Below are positions 39,572 to 50,530 of a stretch of 64,000 nucleotides of DNA, one piece after another. Origin of the DNA: Tubulanus polymorphus (lineage: Eukaryota; Animalia; Nemertea); NCBI RefSeq assembly GCF_964204645.1, contig NC_134027.1, positions 15,408,485 to 15,472,484 on the forward strand. The letters are read 5' to 3'. The notes under the pieces were generated by a model. It was given only the letters and a program-made list of their open reading frames with translations. It was not told the DNA's origin and ran no database searches. The number at the start of each line of letters is the position of its first letter. The stretch's first letter is position 1. A program made the translations under genes and the position numbers.

Positions 39572-39830
39572 AATCAGCAGGAATCCAATAGGGTTTCTGC
39601 CGAGGCAGCACAAACCCTAATTATAATCAGCAGGAATACATTAGGGTTTCTGCGAAGGCAGCATAAACCCTAATAATCAGCAAAATCACAATAGGGTTTC
39701 TGCGAAAGCAGCAGAAACCCTAATAATCAGTAGAATTACAATAGGGTTTCTGCAAAGACAGCAGAAACCCTAATAAGAAACACGCGAATCTCAATAGGGT
39801 TTCCTGTGAAGTAACAGAAAACCCTAAAAA
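39572..39830 (+). repeat. Five tandem ~50-bp hairpin units resembling Helitron/Helentron 3' termini
   Basis: Unit caatAGGGTTTCTGC-N5-7-GCAGAAACCCTaat repeated five times with variation. Confidence 0.8.
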
Positions 39831-41199
39831 TGGGCTTGCTGACATGGTTGTACTGAAAGCTTGCTTGGTGGTTTTGTATTTCTGTAGTAGAATTAATCGA
39901 ACTTTGAACTGATTACTTAATAAAGAGCTAAGAGATCGGTGTTGTCTTACATCGTTACATGAAATGTTACACATGTTAACTGGGAATTGAAATGACGTTT
40001 TATTGTAGACGTGTTTAACAACACTAAATGTCCATGATAATTGTTGTATACATTTCATCTATATTCTATATTCCTTTAATGTTTAAATGTTTACGTGAAA
40101 TAGCTCTTTGTTTCTTGAGACAGTTTGTCTGTGTCTAATGCGTTAATTGTTGTTTGTCTCACTGTCATGTCACTACTCGTCATCTTTGTTTTTGTATCAT
40201 TTTCCTTGTCTCCACCTGTCTCGTATCTCAATGTATATAAATACTTTGTGTGTAAAAATAAATCAGTTCCAGTTTTGGTATTCCAAGATGTTAGTTAAGT
40301 CGCTACTCCTTCGCTCCGTTCCAGATTTACGACGTCGACCATTCTCGAGAATAGGACAGAAAATAGCTTTGTTAAACGTAGACCAAGTTAGTGCAAGCTT
40401 TTGGATAGTTGTTATTTGAATATTGTAGTGTCTTAACGGAATCTATCATCATGTTGATAATTGCTAGATTACTTATCGGATTGTGTTGATATGATTATGC
40501 ATAGAAAAATTTACAGCTAAAAGAAAACACGTGACTGACTTGAGTGACTTCAGGTGAAGAGGAGCGAACACGAAAATAGATAGGAGCCACGATTTTTCTT
40601 TTTTACATGGTAAAGACATAAAGCAAGAATAAGTTGCATTTCCTTCAAATGACAATCCACTACGATCATCCGATAAAGTTAATTGCCACCATAGACTACC
40701 GCCCCCTGGCTCTTTGAAGAGACAGGGTACCAGTCTTCAATTCAATTCAGAATTTGTTTTACAGAAAAGCGGTTTTAAGTTTTATTAGATATTAAAACTG
40801 AAAAAATATAAATGTTCATACAGAGATTTTTCAAATGGCCGCTAATGCAACCACCCAATGAAAGTAAAGGAAAATTAAAAGAATTTCTTAAAAACGTGAA
40901 AGTAAATGTTTTGTGAAATTTTGTGTCAATAAAGAATGAATTGAATTGTCGGCAGCACAATGCCGCGCATGAATACCAATTTCAAGACTGATCATGCACG
41001 CTCAACCAAGGTTGGTTTGCGCTGCTGAAATAGCAAAAACGATTAAACAAAATCATAAAACAATGAAAACGATAACCGATATAGCCAATATACGAAAGGA
41101 ACCTAGATTTTATTACTGCATTAAATGTGTGTAAATATCAGAGCCCAAGAAAGTTTCTAACGAAAGTTATAGACTCCCCAAGCAAGTTATCAATCCGTG

Positions 41200-42750
41200 T
41201 GATAGCAATATGGGCTTGCACTGCAAGCCCATGAAAAACTAAATGTCATTAACGAGCTACCAGATAATTTCACAGATATCCAAACTGATAATAATTTGAG
41301 GCAATACCAACGTAGACCATCAAGTCTTGAAAGGATAACATAAATGATTTTGTGGCCTTGTATGATAATCAACATTATTTTAGACAGAAAAAAAGTAGAA
41401 GGAGAGACAGTGACGATTTACTTGAACCATACTTCAGCGATAATTCCGATGAAAATATGAGTGATCAAATCTTAGATTACAGAAAAAGGAAAATTAAAAA
41501 GATTATAAGATCTGTTCATTTTTCTAGGAACAATGACCAAGAAAATTATTTCCTTGAAAAAATAATGTTGTTTTATCATTGGAGACATGAATCTGAATTG
41601 ATTGGCGATTGCATAACTTATAGAGATCGCTATGATCCTATTAAAAAATAAAACTCAAATGAATGAATCACAGTATACTAGGATACATGATGACATTAAC
41701 GAATCAGCAACTATTGCTGAACGTGCTTACTCAGATGAAATATGGGACCAAGTGGCTCCAAATACCGAATATATATCGAAATAGTGTTGATGTTAGTACA
41801 GGTGATTTCCCCAGTGTTACCATGTTACATCTTGCCCCAACAGTTGATGATTTTAACAATTATGACCTTGGAAGGATACTGAATATTCTGAACTAATGTG
41901 CTCATTAAATCACAGAGATTTTTCGTTTATCAACTATTGCATCATTTCAAAACTAGTAAAAGTCCATGCTATGTCTTCTGTTCTGGTGGTGCTGGAGTAG
42001 GGAAAAGTTATATGACAACAGCATCGTTTCAAAGTTTACAGCGATACTACAATTCGAAACCTGGCGAAAACCCAGATGACACAAAAACTGCCATAGTGGC
42101 ACCAACTGGAAAAGTAGCTCATAATGTAAATGGAAATACGATTCATGCTACCTTCAAAATAACGGTTTCAAAAGGCTTTCAGTATAAACCCTTATCTACT
42201 GATTTATTGAACACACTCCGTAGTAGGCACATAGTCTGAAAGTTTTATCTACAGATGAAATTTCAATGGTTGGATGCAGAATGTTTAATTACATCAATCG
42301 ACCTTTGCAAGACATTATGGAAAATAACAAAATATTTGGTGTGGTATTTCTATCATAGCGATAGGTGATCTGTTTAAACTGAAGCCAGTGTTTGATAGTT
42401 ACATTTTTATGATTAATAGTTCTGACTATGGCCCTCTTGCTACTAATCTTTGGGTTGATAATTTTGAATTGACTGATATGATGAGAAAAAGAGATGATCT
42501 GATTTTTGCTCAACTATTGAATAGGTTGCGTGAAGGGAAACAATCTAAGGCAGACATAGAAGCAATTCAATCTAGAAATTGTACACTGCCTCATAATGAA
42601 CGCTTAAATATTCCCAATCTTGTAATATCCAACAAAATAGTCAGTACTATAACCTCAGAAGCATTTACGTCAAAGTCTGATTCAAAAGTGCAAGTTAAAG
42701 CCTTTGATATTGTCATTGGAGATGTATCTGATAATGTCAAAGTGAAGAGT
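41200..42750 (+). pseudogene. Helitron-type PIF1 helicase remnant
   Basis: Motifs MLFYHWRHESEL, SGGAGVGKS, APTGKVAHNVNGNTIH, DEISMVG, GDLFKLKPV and ELTDMMRKRDD..FAQLLNRLREG. Many stops and frameshifts. Confidence 0.85.
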
Positions 42751-42752
42751 AT

Positions 42753-42943
42753 GAGTAATAGGGATAATAGGCTTTCATACCAAAGGTCGAAAGGTCGAGC
42801 TCGTAAAAAAATGAAAATAACATAATTTACAGTTGAATTAGTCGCGCACACTCCTAATTCAACTGTAAATTATTATTATTTTCATTTTTTTACTCACTCA
42901 CCCCTTCAACCTTTGATATGAAAGCCTATTATCCCTATTACTC
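42753..42943. repeat. 191-bp imperfect palindrome (~90-bp arms, 12-nt loop)
   Basis: gagtaatagggataataggctttcata...aatttacagttgaattag / loop tcgcgcacactc / ctaattcaactgtaaatt...tatgaaagcctattatccctattactc. Confidence 0.95.
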
Positions 42944-43180
42944 TTAAAATATTCATATATATGAATAAAATATAAATGAATAACATATATAAGTAACGAG
43001 TTATTAACGAGCTCTTATAGAATAGATAAATAGATATATTTACAACATTATTTCAATATTTATATTTGTATGAGTTAGATTTTTAAACATTAAAAGTGTT
43101 AGTAAAGTGTGATTGAAATAATACATGATATAAATCATTGAACTTCTAAAATCAATTTTAATAAAAAATTTAGTATTAAA

Positions 43181-46100
43181 ATGGAAGCAAATAAGTACTA
43201 CTGTCCAACATGTAATATCAATATAGATAAATCCCAAAAAAATAAAACTAAAACACATTTAGAGAATAAATTAAAATTAGAATATAAAGATGATATATTA
43301 GAAACTAAATTAGATGAATTAAAGAATGAAAAAGAAACATACAAATTTGATACATGTAATCAATCATTCAGTGATAAAAGATATTATAAAGAACATTTAA
43401 AATCTAAAAGTCATATTAGAAATAAGAATAATGATATTTTAGGTGAAGATTATTTTGATAAAGATAATGATAAGAAACAGAAGACAATTAAAAGCATAAC
43501 AAATAAATTAAACAATAAAAGACCATACATGGAAGATGTAAGAAATTATATTAATTCATTAGATAATAAAAAAGATATAGAGATAACCGAAGCATTTAAA
43601 AGTGATATTGGTCCAGCAGCTATCGAGTTTAAATTTCAATAAAGGAAAAACATTAGAAGAAAATAAAAAACATTTAGAAAATATGAAAGAAATAATAAAA
43701 ATAATAACTGATGTTGAATATCCTAAAATTAGTATATCTTCTAAAGTAAAGTTTATAAAATCTGAAGATAAACCAATATATAATATTAATTCTCATTCAC
43801 AACATATTATATCTAAACAACATATAGATGATAAATTAGAAAAATGTTATAATGAAGTAAAAACTAAAATAGAAGAGAAATATTTTGAAGGATCTGGTTT
43901 AATATTTGATGAAATAATATTTATGACTTTACATGTTTATAACACAAAATATAATAAGTTAACTAAATCAAAACCAATAGATGAAAATAATGTATCATAT
44001 TATAAAGAACCAGATATTGAAGCATCGAGTTATATCAAACTACCATTTAAAACTAATGCTGTAATAAATGTACAAAATGAAGATGATAAATGTTTTCTAT
44101 GGGCTATAATAAGTTGTTTACATCCAACAGAAGATATTACACATAGTTTTAGATTAACTCATTATAAACCATTTGAAAATAATTATAAGATAGATAAGTA
44201 TCCTGTTATAATTAAAAACATCCCAAAGATAGAAAGAGATAATAATTTAAGAATAAATGTATTTGATTTAATCAAATTACCAAATACAAAAGGTAACAAC
44301 ATAAAACATTATACATTAGAACCTTTATATCTATCAACAGATTATGATTCAAACGATGTTATAGATATACTATATTATGAGAATCATTATATGTGGATTA
44401 AAGAAATAGATTTATTCTTTAGAACAGAATGTGATCACCATAATAAAATATATCTATGTAGAAAATGTTTACATAGATTCAGTAATGAAAGTACATTATT
44501 AAATCATAAACAATTATGTGAAAATCATGATTATTGTAAATTAGTTTTAGCAAATGAAAAAGATAAAATATTAGAATTCAAAAAATATGATTACAAAAAT
44601 AAAGTACCATTTGTAATATATGGAGATTTTGAATCATTAAATAAAGAATTAACTGATCAAGATAGAAAAGAAATATATTATAAAAGAAAGAAATTAAATT
44701 CTAATAAAAATGATTTTTCAGATGAAACACCAAAAACAAATACAATTAAAAAGATTCATCAATCAGCTGCAGCTTTCGGGTTATATATAAAATCTGATTA
44801 TCCAGAACTAATTGAAAGTGAATATTATGATTATAGAAATGAAAATGTTATCAATCATTTTTGTGACTTATTAATTGAATATGAAATAAGATTTAGTAAA
44901 TTATTGAATATATAGAAATTATAATGACAGAAGAAGATAAAGAAGCATTTGCGTTTGCAGATAAATGTTATTATTGTGAAAAGATATTTAATTATAAAGA
45001 TAAAAAAGTAAGAGACCATGATCATTTGAATGGAAAGTTTAGAGGCGCAGCGCATGAGAATTGTAACTTACAAGCAAAGAAAATCAATTTTGTACCAGTT
45101 ATATTTCATAATCTATCAGGATATGATGCACATTTATTCATCAAACAGTTATGCCATAAAATAGAAGAAATCAATAATGAAATAGAAATATTAAATTCAA
45201 ATAGATCAAAAGATAAAATACCAACTTATAAATTTAAAATGTTAGCTAGAACATCTGAGAATTATATATCATTCCAATTTGGTTGCCTAAGATTTATAGA
45301 TTCATATAGATTTTTAAATAGTTCATTAGATAACTTATCAAAATCATTAGTTGATGATGAATTAAATTTATTAAAGCAACATTACCCAAATAATGATGAT
45401 TTTCAATTAATGAGATATAAAGGAGCAATTCCATATTCATTTTATAAATCACATAATGATTTCAATATAACTGAATTATTCAAAGAACAATTCTATGATG
45501 AATTAAAAAATGAATATGTTAAAGATGAAGTATATAATAGAACATTGAATATTTGGAATCATTTCAAAATAGAAAATCATGGGCAATTAGTAGATTTATA
45601 TTTAAAATCAGATGTATTATTATTAACCGATATATTCGAAAGGTTTAGAGATGTAAACCTAAAATATTTTAACATTGATCCTTGCCATTGTTATTCATCA
45701 CCAGGATTAACATGGGATTGTGGATTAAAATTTACAGATATAAAAATGGATTTGTTAACAAATATAGATCAATTACTATTATTTGGAAAATCTATAAGAG
45801 GAGGAGTTCCAGGTGTATTAGGAGAAAGATATTTCAATGTAAATGATAACCCTGGATATAAGTTATTATATATAGATGCAAATAATTTGTATGGTTGGGC
45901 AATGATGGAACCACAACCTTATGGAGTATTTGAATTAACTGAAGTTTTACAGAATGAAAATAATGATAAATTTGATTGGAAGAAAAGAATTCTAGATATT
46001 GCAGATGATTCAGATACTGGTTACTTCTTTGTTGTAGATTTAGAATATCCTGAAGATAGAAAATTTAAATCTAGAAATCTAGCATACTGCCCCGAACATA

Positions 46101-47209
46101 AAACTGTAACACATGAAGAATTATCAAATTACCAAAAAAGAATTAAACCCGAAAATCATATTCATACAGAAAAGATAATGGTAACTCAAGAAGATAAATA
46201 TAATTATGTAGTACATTATAGAATGTTAAAGTTTTATTTGAATCAAGGAATGATTCTAAAAAAAGTGCATAGATATATTTCATTTAGTCAATCTAAGTGG
46301 TTAGAAAAATATATAGATTTTAACACCAAACAGAGAACTGAAGCTAAAACTGATTTCGAAAAAGATTTCTTCAAACTAATGAATAATGCATTCTATGGTA
46401 AGACTTGTGAAAATATTAGAAATAGAAATGATATTGAGTTAGTTAGTAATGGTAAAAGAATTAGACATTTACAATCATATCCTAAGTTCATTGGTAACAG
46501 AATATTTGATGAAAATTTAGCCGCAGTTAAGATGAGAAGAACATCAATGAAATTTAATAAACCAATCTATGTTGGCGCTTCAGTTTTAGAATTATCAAAA
46601 TTACTAATGTATGAATTCTATTATAATGTATTACAACCACTTTTTGGAGAAAAACATATAGAAATACTATATTTTGATACTGACAGTTACATATTAAAGA
46701 TAAAAACTGATAACATAACTGATGATTTAAAAACATTAAAACATCATTTTGATTTCAGTAACTATCCTAAAAATCATGAATTGTTTAGCAATGATAATAA
46801 AAAAGTTCCCGGTAAATTCAAAGATGAATTAGGTGGCGAAGAAATGATAGAGTTCATAGGTATTAGATCTAAAATGTATTCATATGAAACTAAAGAACAT
46901 GAAGCTAAAAAGTTAAAAGGAATAACAAAAAGTGTAGTAGAAAAGAATATTCATTTCAAAGATTACATCAATTGTATATTCAATGAAGAAGTTAGAAAAC
47001 ATAAGATGAGATGTTTAAGATCTGAAGATCATGAAATATTTATTGAAGAAATTGAAAAGATAAGTCTAAACCCATTTGATGATAAAAGATATATTTTAGA
47101 TGATGGAATTCATACAGTTGCATATGGTTGCAATTTAGATGAATACTTAAAATTTAAAAGAGAAGAAACAAATGAGAACGAGATAATGAAAAGAATTCTA
47201 ACGTGTTAA
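43181..47209 (+). pseudogene. pPolB: Protein-primed family B DNA polymerase with N-terminal C2H2 fingers and inserted endonuclease VII domain
   Basis: INVQNEDDKCFLWA, ExoI YGDFES, CYYC..RDHDHLNG.FRGAAH..CN, FHNLSGYDAH, YIDANNLYG, KLMNNAFYGK, YFDTDS. Frameshift ~43630, stop at 44913. Confidence 0.95.
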
Positions 47210-47238
47210 TCAAATTTTAATAAAAATATGTATTATAA

Positions 47239-47580
47239 ATGGAGAGTAAACAAGCACACAGTGAATTCTTAAATAGAATAAAAGATACTATAAATGTCAA
47301 ATCTGTAGATTATAAATTCAAAAAGTTAACAGAATTAACAATTCATAAGAAATATCTAATTACAAATATTGATACAGTTACTAATAACTATGGAGATAAA
47401 TTAGTTATACACTTAGAATATGAAGGATTAAAAGGAAATAAATATAAATTCAGAACATATTTACCGGATAGATTTCATAGATTATCAAGTGAAGACTTAG
47501 AGGAATTATGTTCTGGAGATTTATATTTCGTATACAAAGGTAAGAATGAAAAAGGGCACCATGAAATAGATTTCGAATAA
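47239..47580 (+). CDS. Small conserved Polinton protein (possible OB-fold/ssDNA-binding); paralog at 55806
   Basis: Aligns with the 55806 ORF: FL..I...I, KKL, YGDK/YGEK, YLPDRF/FLPDKW, LSSEDL/LSTEEL, YKGKNEKGHH/YHGKNEDGHH. The fold is a guess. Confidence 0.7.
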   Translation: MESKQAHSEFLNRIKDTINVKSVDYKFKKLTELTIHKKYLITNIDTVTNNYGDKLVIHLEYEGLKGNKYKFRTYLPDRFHRLSSEDLEELCSGDLYFVYKGKNEKGHHEIDFE

Positions 47581-47597
47581 GAAAATATGTAAAATAA

Positions 47598-48358
47598 ATG
47601 GTAGAATTAAAAGAATACAGAATATTTGTTGATTCTAGAAGACTTACAGATTATAAATCACATAATTTACTAGTACAATTAGATAGAGAATTCAAGAATT
47701 GTGTAGATTTAAAATTAGTTAATATAAGTTTATGTAATTCTTTTTACAATATATCGAATAAAACTATTGAACATAGAGCTTTTTTAATTTTTAATAAAGG
47801 TAAAAATGAATGGTCCTATATATATTTAAAACCGGGGTTATATAATTTAGATACATTAGCACAAGTAATTAATAGAAAAGCCTGGCACAAATTAGGTAGT
47901 AGTTCTGGGTTTAGTATTAGATTTTTAAAAAGTGATAGTTCTGATAGAATAAAGATTAGGTTGTCTAATAGTGAAAAACATAAATTTATGGTAAAAAAAC
48001 CTATAGCTAAACTGTTAGGAATCTTCCAGATAGATCTTTTACAAATATTGACGCTACTACACCAAACTTAATACCTTACACACATTTCTATATTTATTGC
48101 AATTTAATCGATCCTACAAAAACATTCGAAGCAACTAAAGATATAACTTGTAATTCTGGTTTACTAAACATTTTACCATTGAAGAATGTTAAAGAATTTG
48201 GAACGCAAATAAATTATAATTTAACAGAATGTGATTTCAAACCATGCATTCCTCGTTTTAATAATTTTAGATTAGAAATTAGAAATCATAATGGATACTT
48301 AATTGATTTGAATAATTTCCCTGTAATTTATGAATTAGTTATAAGATGTAGAGAGTAA
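47598..48358 (+). pseudogene. Minor capsid (penton-like, single jelly-roll) protein
   Basis: IFVDSR, LKPGLYN, then after a frameshift near 48050 THFYIYCNLID...LEIRNHNGYLIDLNNFPVIYEL, the typical Polinton minor capsid pattern. Confidence 0.75.
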
Positions 48359-48376
48359 TTTTTTTTCACTATATAA

Positions 48377-48718
48377 TTGAATATAACTGTTGGACCGAGT
48401 ATATGTTTTGGGTTTGATTTTAAACATGGTAAAGAAATGAGAATTAAACTAAATGATGTAATATCTGATATAAAAAGTAAATCATTTATTAATGCATCAA
48501 TGATTAATAAAGAAAATTATAATATAGAAAAAGTAATTGATTTAATTAAATCACCTTTAGAATATTATGAATTAAATGAAGATGGAATTATTGATGATAT
48601 TAAAAACATATTAACCAAAATATATGATAATCATAAAAGTAGTAATGAAATAAATGTTGAATTAATCATAAATAAGTTAACTAAATATTTTGATGATAGT
48701 AATTTTTTTGATAAATAA
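48377..48718 (+). CDS. Hypothetical Polinton protein (start apparently mutated ATG>TTG)
   Basis: 113-aa frame preceded by aatttttttt..ctatataaTTG, the shared promoter motif. Confidence 0.6.
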   Translation: MNITVGPSICFGFDFKHGKEMRIKLNDVISDIKSKSFINASMINKENYNIEKVIDLIKSPLEYYELNEDGIIDDIKNILTKIYDNHKSSNEINVELIINKLTKYFDDSNFFDK

Positions 48719-48940
48719 ATGAGTGATAATAAGTGGATAATAACTGGTTTATATAATGGAGCATTACTATCAGTTGGAACTGTTGGTTATTCAATGGTAT
48801 TAAAAAAAGTATTCAAAATGGGAAGTGTTAATGTTGATAGATTTGATATAAATGATATTTTAAAATTAACATTAGCAGTTACTATATCTAATTTAACTAT
48901 TGATTATTTAGAAAAGCAAAAATATATTCCTCCCATATAA
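48719..48940 (+). CDS. Small hydrophobic Polinton protein
   Basis: 73 aa with two hydrophobic helices. TAAATG start. Confidence 0.7.
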   Translation: MSDNKWIITGLYNGALLSVGTVGYSMVLKKVFKMGSVNVDRFDINDILKLTLAVTISNLTIDYLEKQKYIPPI

Positions 48941-48964
48941 ATACATAATTATTTTACTAAATAA

Positions 48965-49387
48965 ATGGCTTCTGCAGTTATAACTATTATAGGATCGGCA
49001 ATTGTTAACGCTTTAGCATTTACTGGTGGTGGTTATTTATTTAAACATATTGATAAAAATGGATCATTAACAGAACAAAAAAGACATAACTTAGCATTAG
49101 AGAAATACAATAAAGCAGCAGAAGAATATAGAGAAAAGAGACAAAACTATATGGATTACATCAATAAAGAATTATATGATCAGAAGATTTCACATAGAGA
49201 TTTTCAATCAGTTGATGATGCAATGAGTTTATATAACGCGGTAACCAATAAAGAAAAACTACATCTATACAAACCTAAATTATCAGATTATTATACCCCA
49301 AGTAATGAACAACAGAAATATGAAATAATATGGATTTTAGGTGGAACAGTTATTGTTATATTTGTAGCATATAAATTTACTAATTAG
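48965..49387 (+). CDS. Polinton membrane protein (NALAFTGG...KRHNLALE type)
   Basis: Hydrophobic N-terminus, helical middle, C-terminal TM. Its 3' end recurs in copy B at ~63875-64000. Confidence 0.75.
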   Translation: MASAVITIIGSAIVNALAFTGGGYLFKHIDKNGSLTEQKRHNLALEKYNKAAEEYREKRQNYMDYINKELYDQKISHRDFQSVDDAMSLYNAVTNKEKLHLYKPKLSDYYTPSNEQQKYEIIWILGGTVIVIFVAYKFTN

Positions 49388-49407
49388 TAATTTTTTTTGC
49401 TAAATAA

Positions 49408-49842
49408 ATGGAATATAAAGTTGATAATATTGACATTATTCCTCATGATATAAATAAAACTAAATTAAAAACATATTTAGAAAAACAAATATTAGAATTT
49501 GAAAGTGACTTAAAAGTTAAAAAGAAAAAATATTTAAAATCTAAAATTATATATTATTTGATTATAAGTGGTTCGGTTACAATTAGTTCTGTAATAACAT
49601 TTCTAGCAATATTCAGTCCATTAACACCTTTAGCTATATCAATTGGCGTATTAAGATTAAGTTCAAGTGTTTTGACCGGCATAAGTTCAAAATTAAATAT
49701 AAAAAGTAATAAAGAAAAAATTAAAACTAATATAAAAGAAATTAATAAATTAAAGAATACACTAGATTATATAATAAGTTTAAATGGTCATATAACAGTT
49801 GAAGAACAAGATAAATTATTAAAAGAATTAATAAATTATTAA
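49408..49842 (+). CDS. Two-TM coiled-coil Polinton protein
   Basis: Two adjacent hydrophobic segments. Near-identical protein in copy B (63429-63853). Confidence 0.75.
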   Translation: MEYKVDNIDIIPHDINKTKLKTYLEKQILEFESDLKVKKKKYLKSKIIYYLIISGSVTISSVITFLAIFSPLTPLAISIGVLRLSSSVLTGISSKLNIKSNKEKIKTNIKEINKLKNTLDYIISLNGHITVEEQDKLLKELINY

Positions 49843-49858
49843 TTTCTTAATTATATAA

Positions 49859-50530
49859 ATGGCAGATAGTTTTCCAAAAGCTTTCCAATATAATAAATCA
49901 ATTAAATATAATATTCCAGCAATAGATTTTAATAAAGATATTACATATAGAAATGAAGTTTTAAATTCATTAATTGATTTATATATTTATGTTACTGAAA
50001 GTAATAATTTTCATGTAAAGATGGAAAATATATTTCATGTGTATACAATTAATTTTAAAAATTTAAATGAGGCAAAACAATGGTAATTAAAATCTAATAT
50101 GAAGTATTGGCAGAACCAATTAAATTTTGCTGTTTATTGTGCAACAACAGGATGTGGAATTAGTTGGAATGATCATTTAAACAAACCAAGTTTACCATTG
50201 ATGTTATCACTTTTTAGATTTCATACATATTTTCAAATAAAATTAATATTAGATGAATTAGAATGTCCTTTACCAGGTTCAAAATATTTTAAAGAATTGA
50301 ATAATAATATTAATTTAAGGTTTTTAAATATAAGTTTTATAAAATATGTAATGAATTTAATATTAATTCAAATAAAGATTTTAGAGCAAAAATTGGAACA
50401 ATGGGTGGATTAGGAATATTATATACTAAAGAATTTGGAAAAATAATGACAAATTCAGATATAAGAACACTAAATTGGAATGAATTACCAAAATATTATA
50501 ATAATATACAACAACAAAACAATAATGGTT
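49859..50530 (+). pseudogene. N-terminal half of conserved Polinton protein (WQNQLNFAVYCATTGCGIS), truncated at the env junction
   Basis: Homologous to copy B 62022-63412 up to NNNG. Stop at 50084, frameshift ~50330. Confidence 0.8.

Larger units (their letters stand above)
42950..50530 (+). mobile_element. Polinton/Maverick (adintovirus-like) endogenous virus, copy A, left part
   Basis: Extremely AT-rich, gene-dense and intronless. Carries pPolB, minor capsid and genes shared with copy B. Confidence 0.92.

Noticed and set aside
39572-39830. CRISPR-like array of palindromic repeats
   Set aside because: The linkers are short and similar to each other rather than unique spacers. No cas genes, and the context is eukaryotic.
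41200-42750. Helicase as part of the Polinton
   Set aside because: Helitron-type motifs, heavier decay, different composition, and it is cut off at the hairpin.
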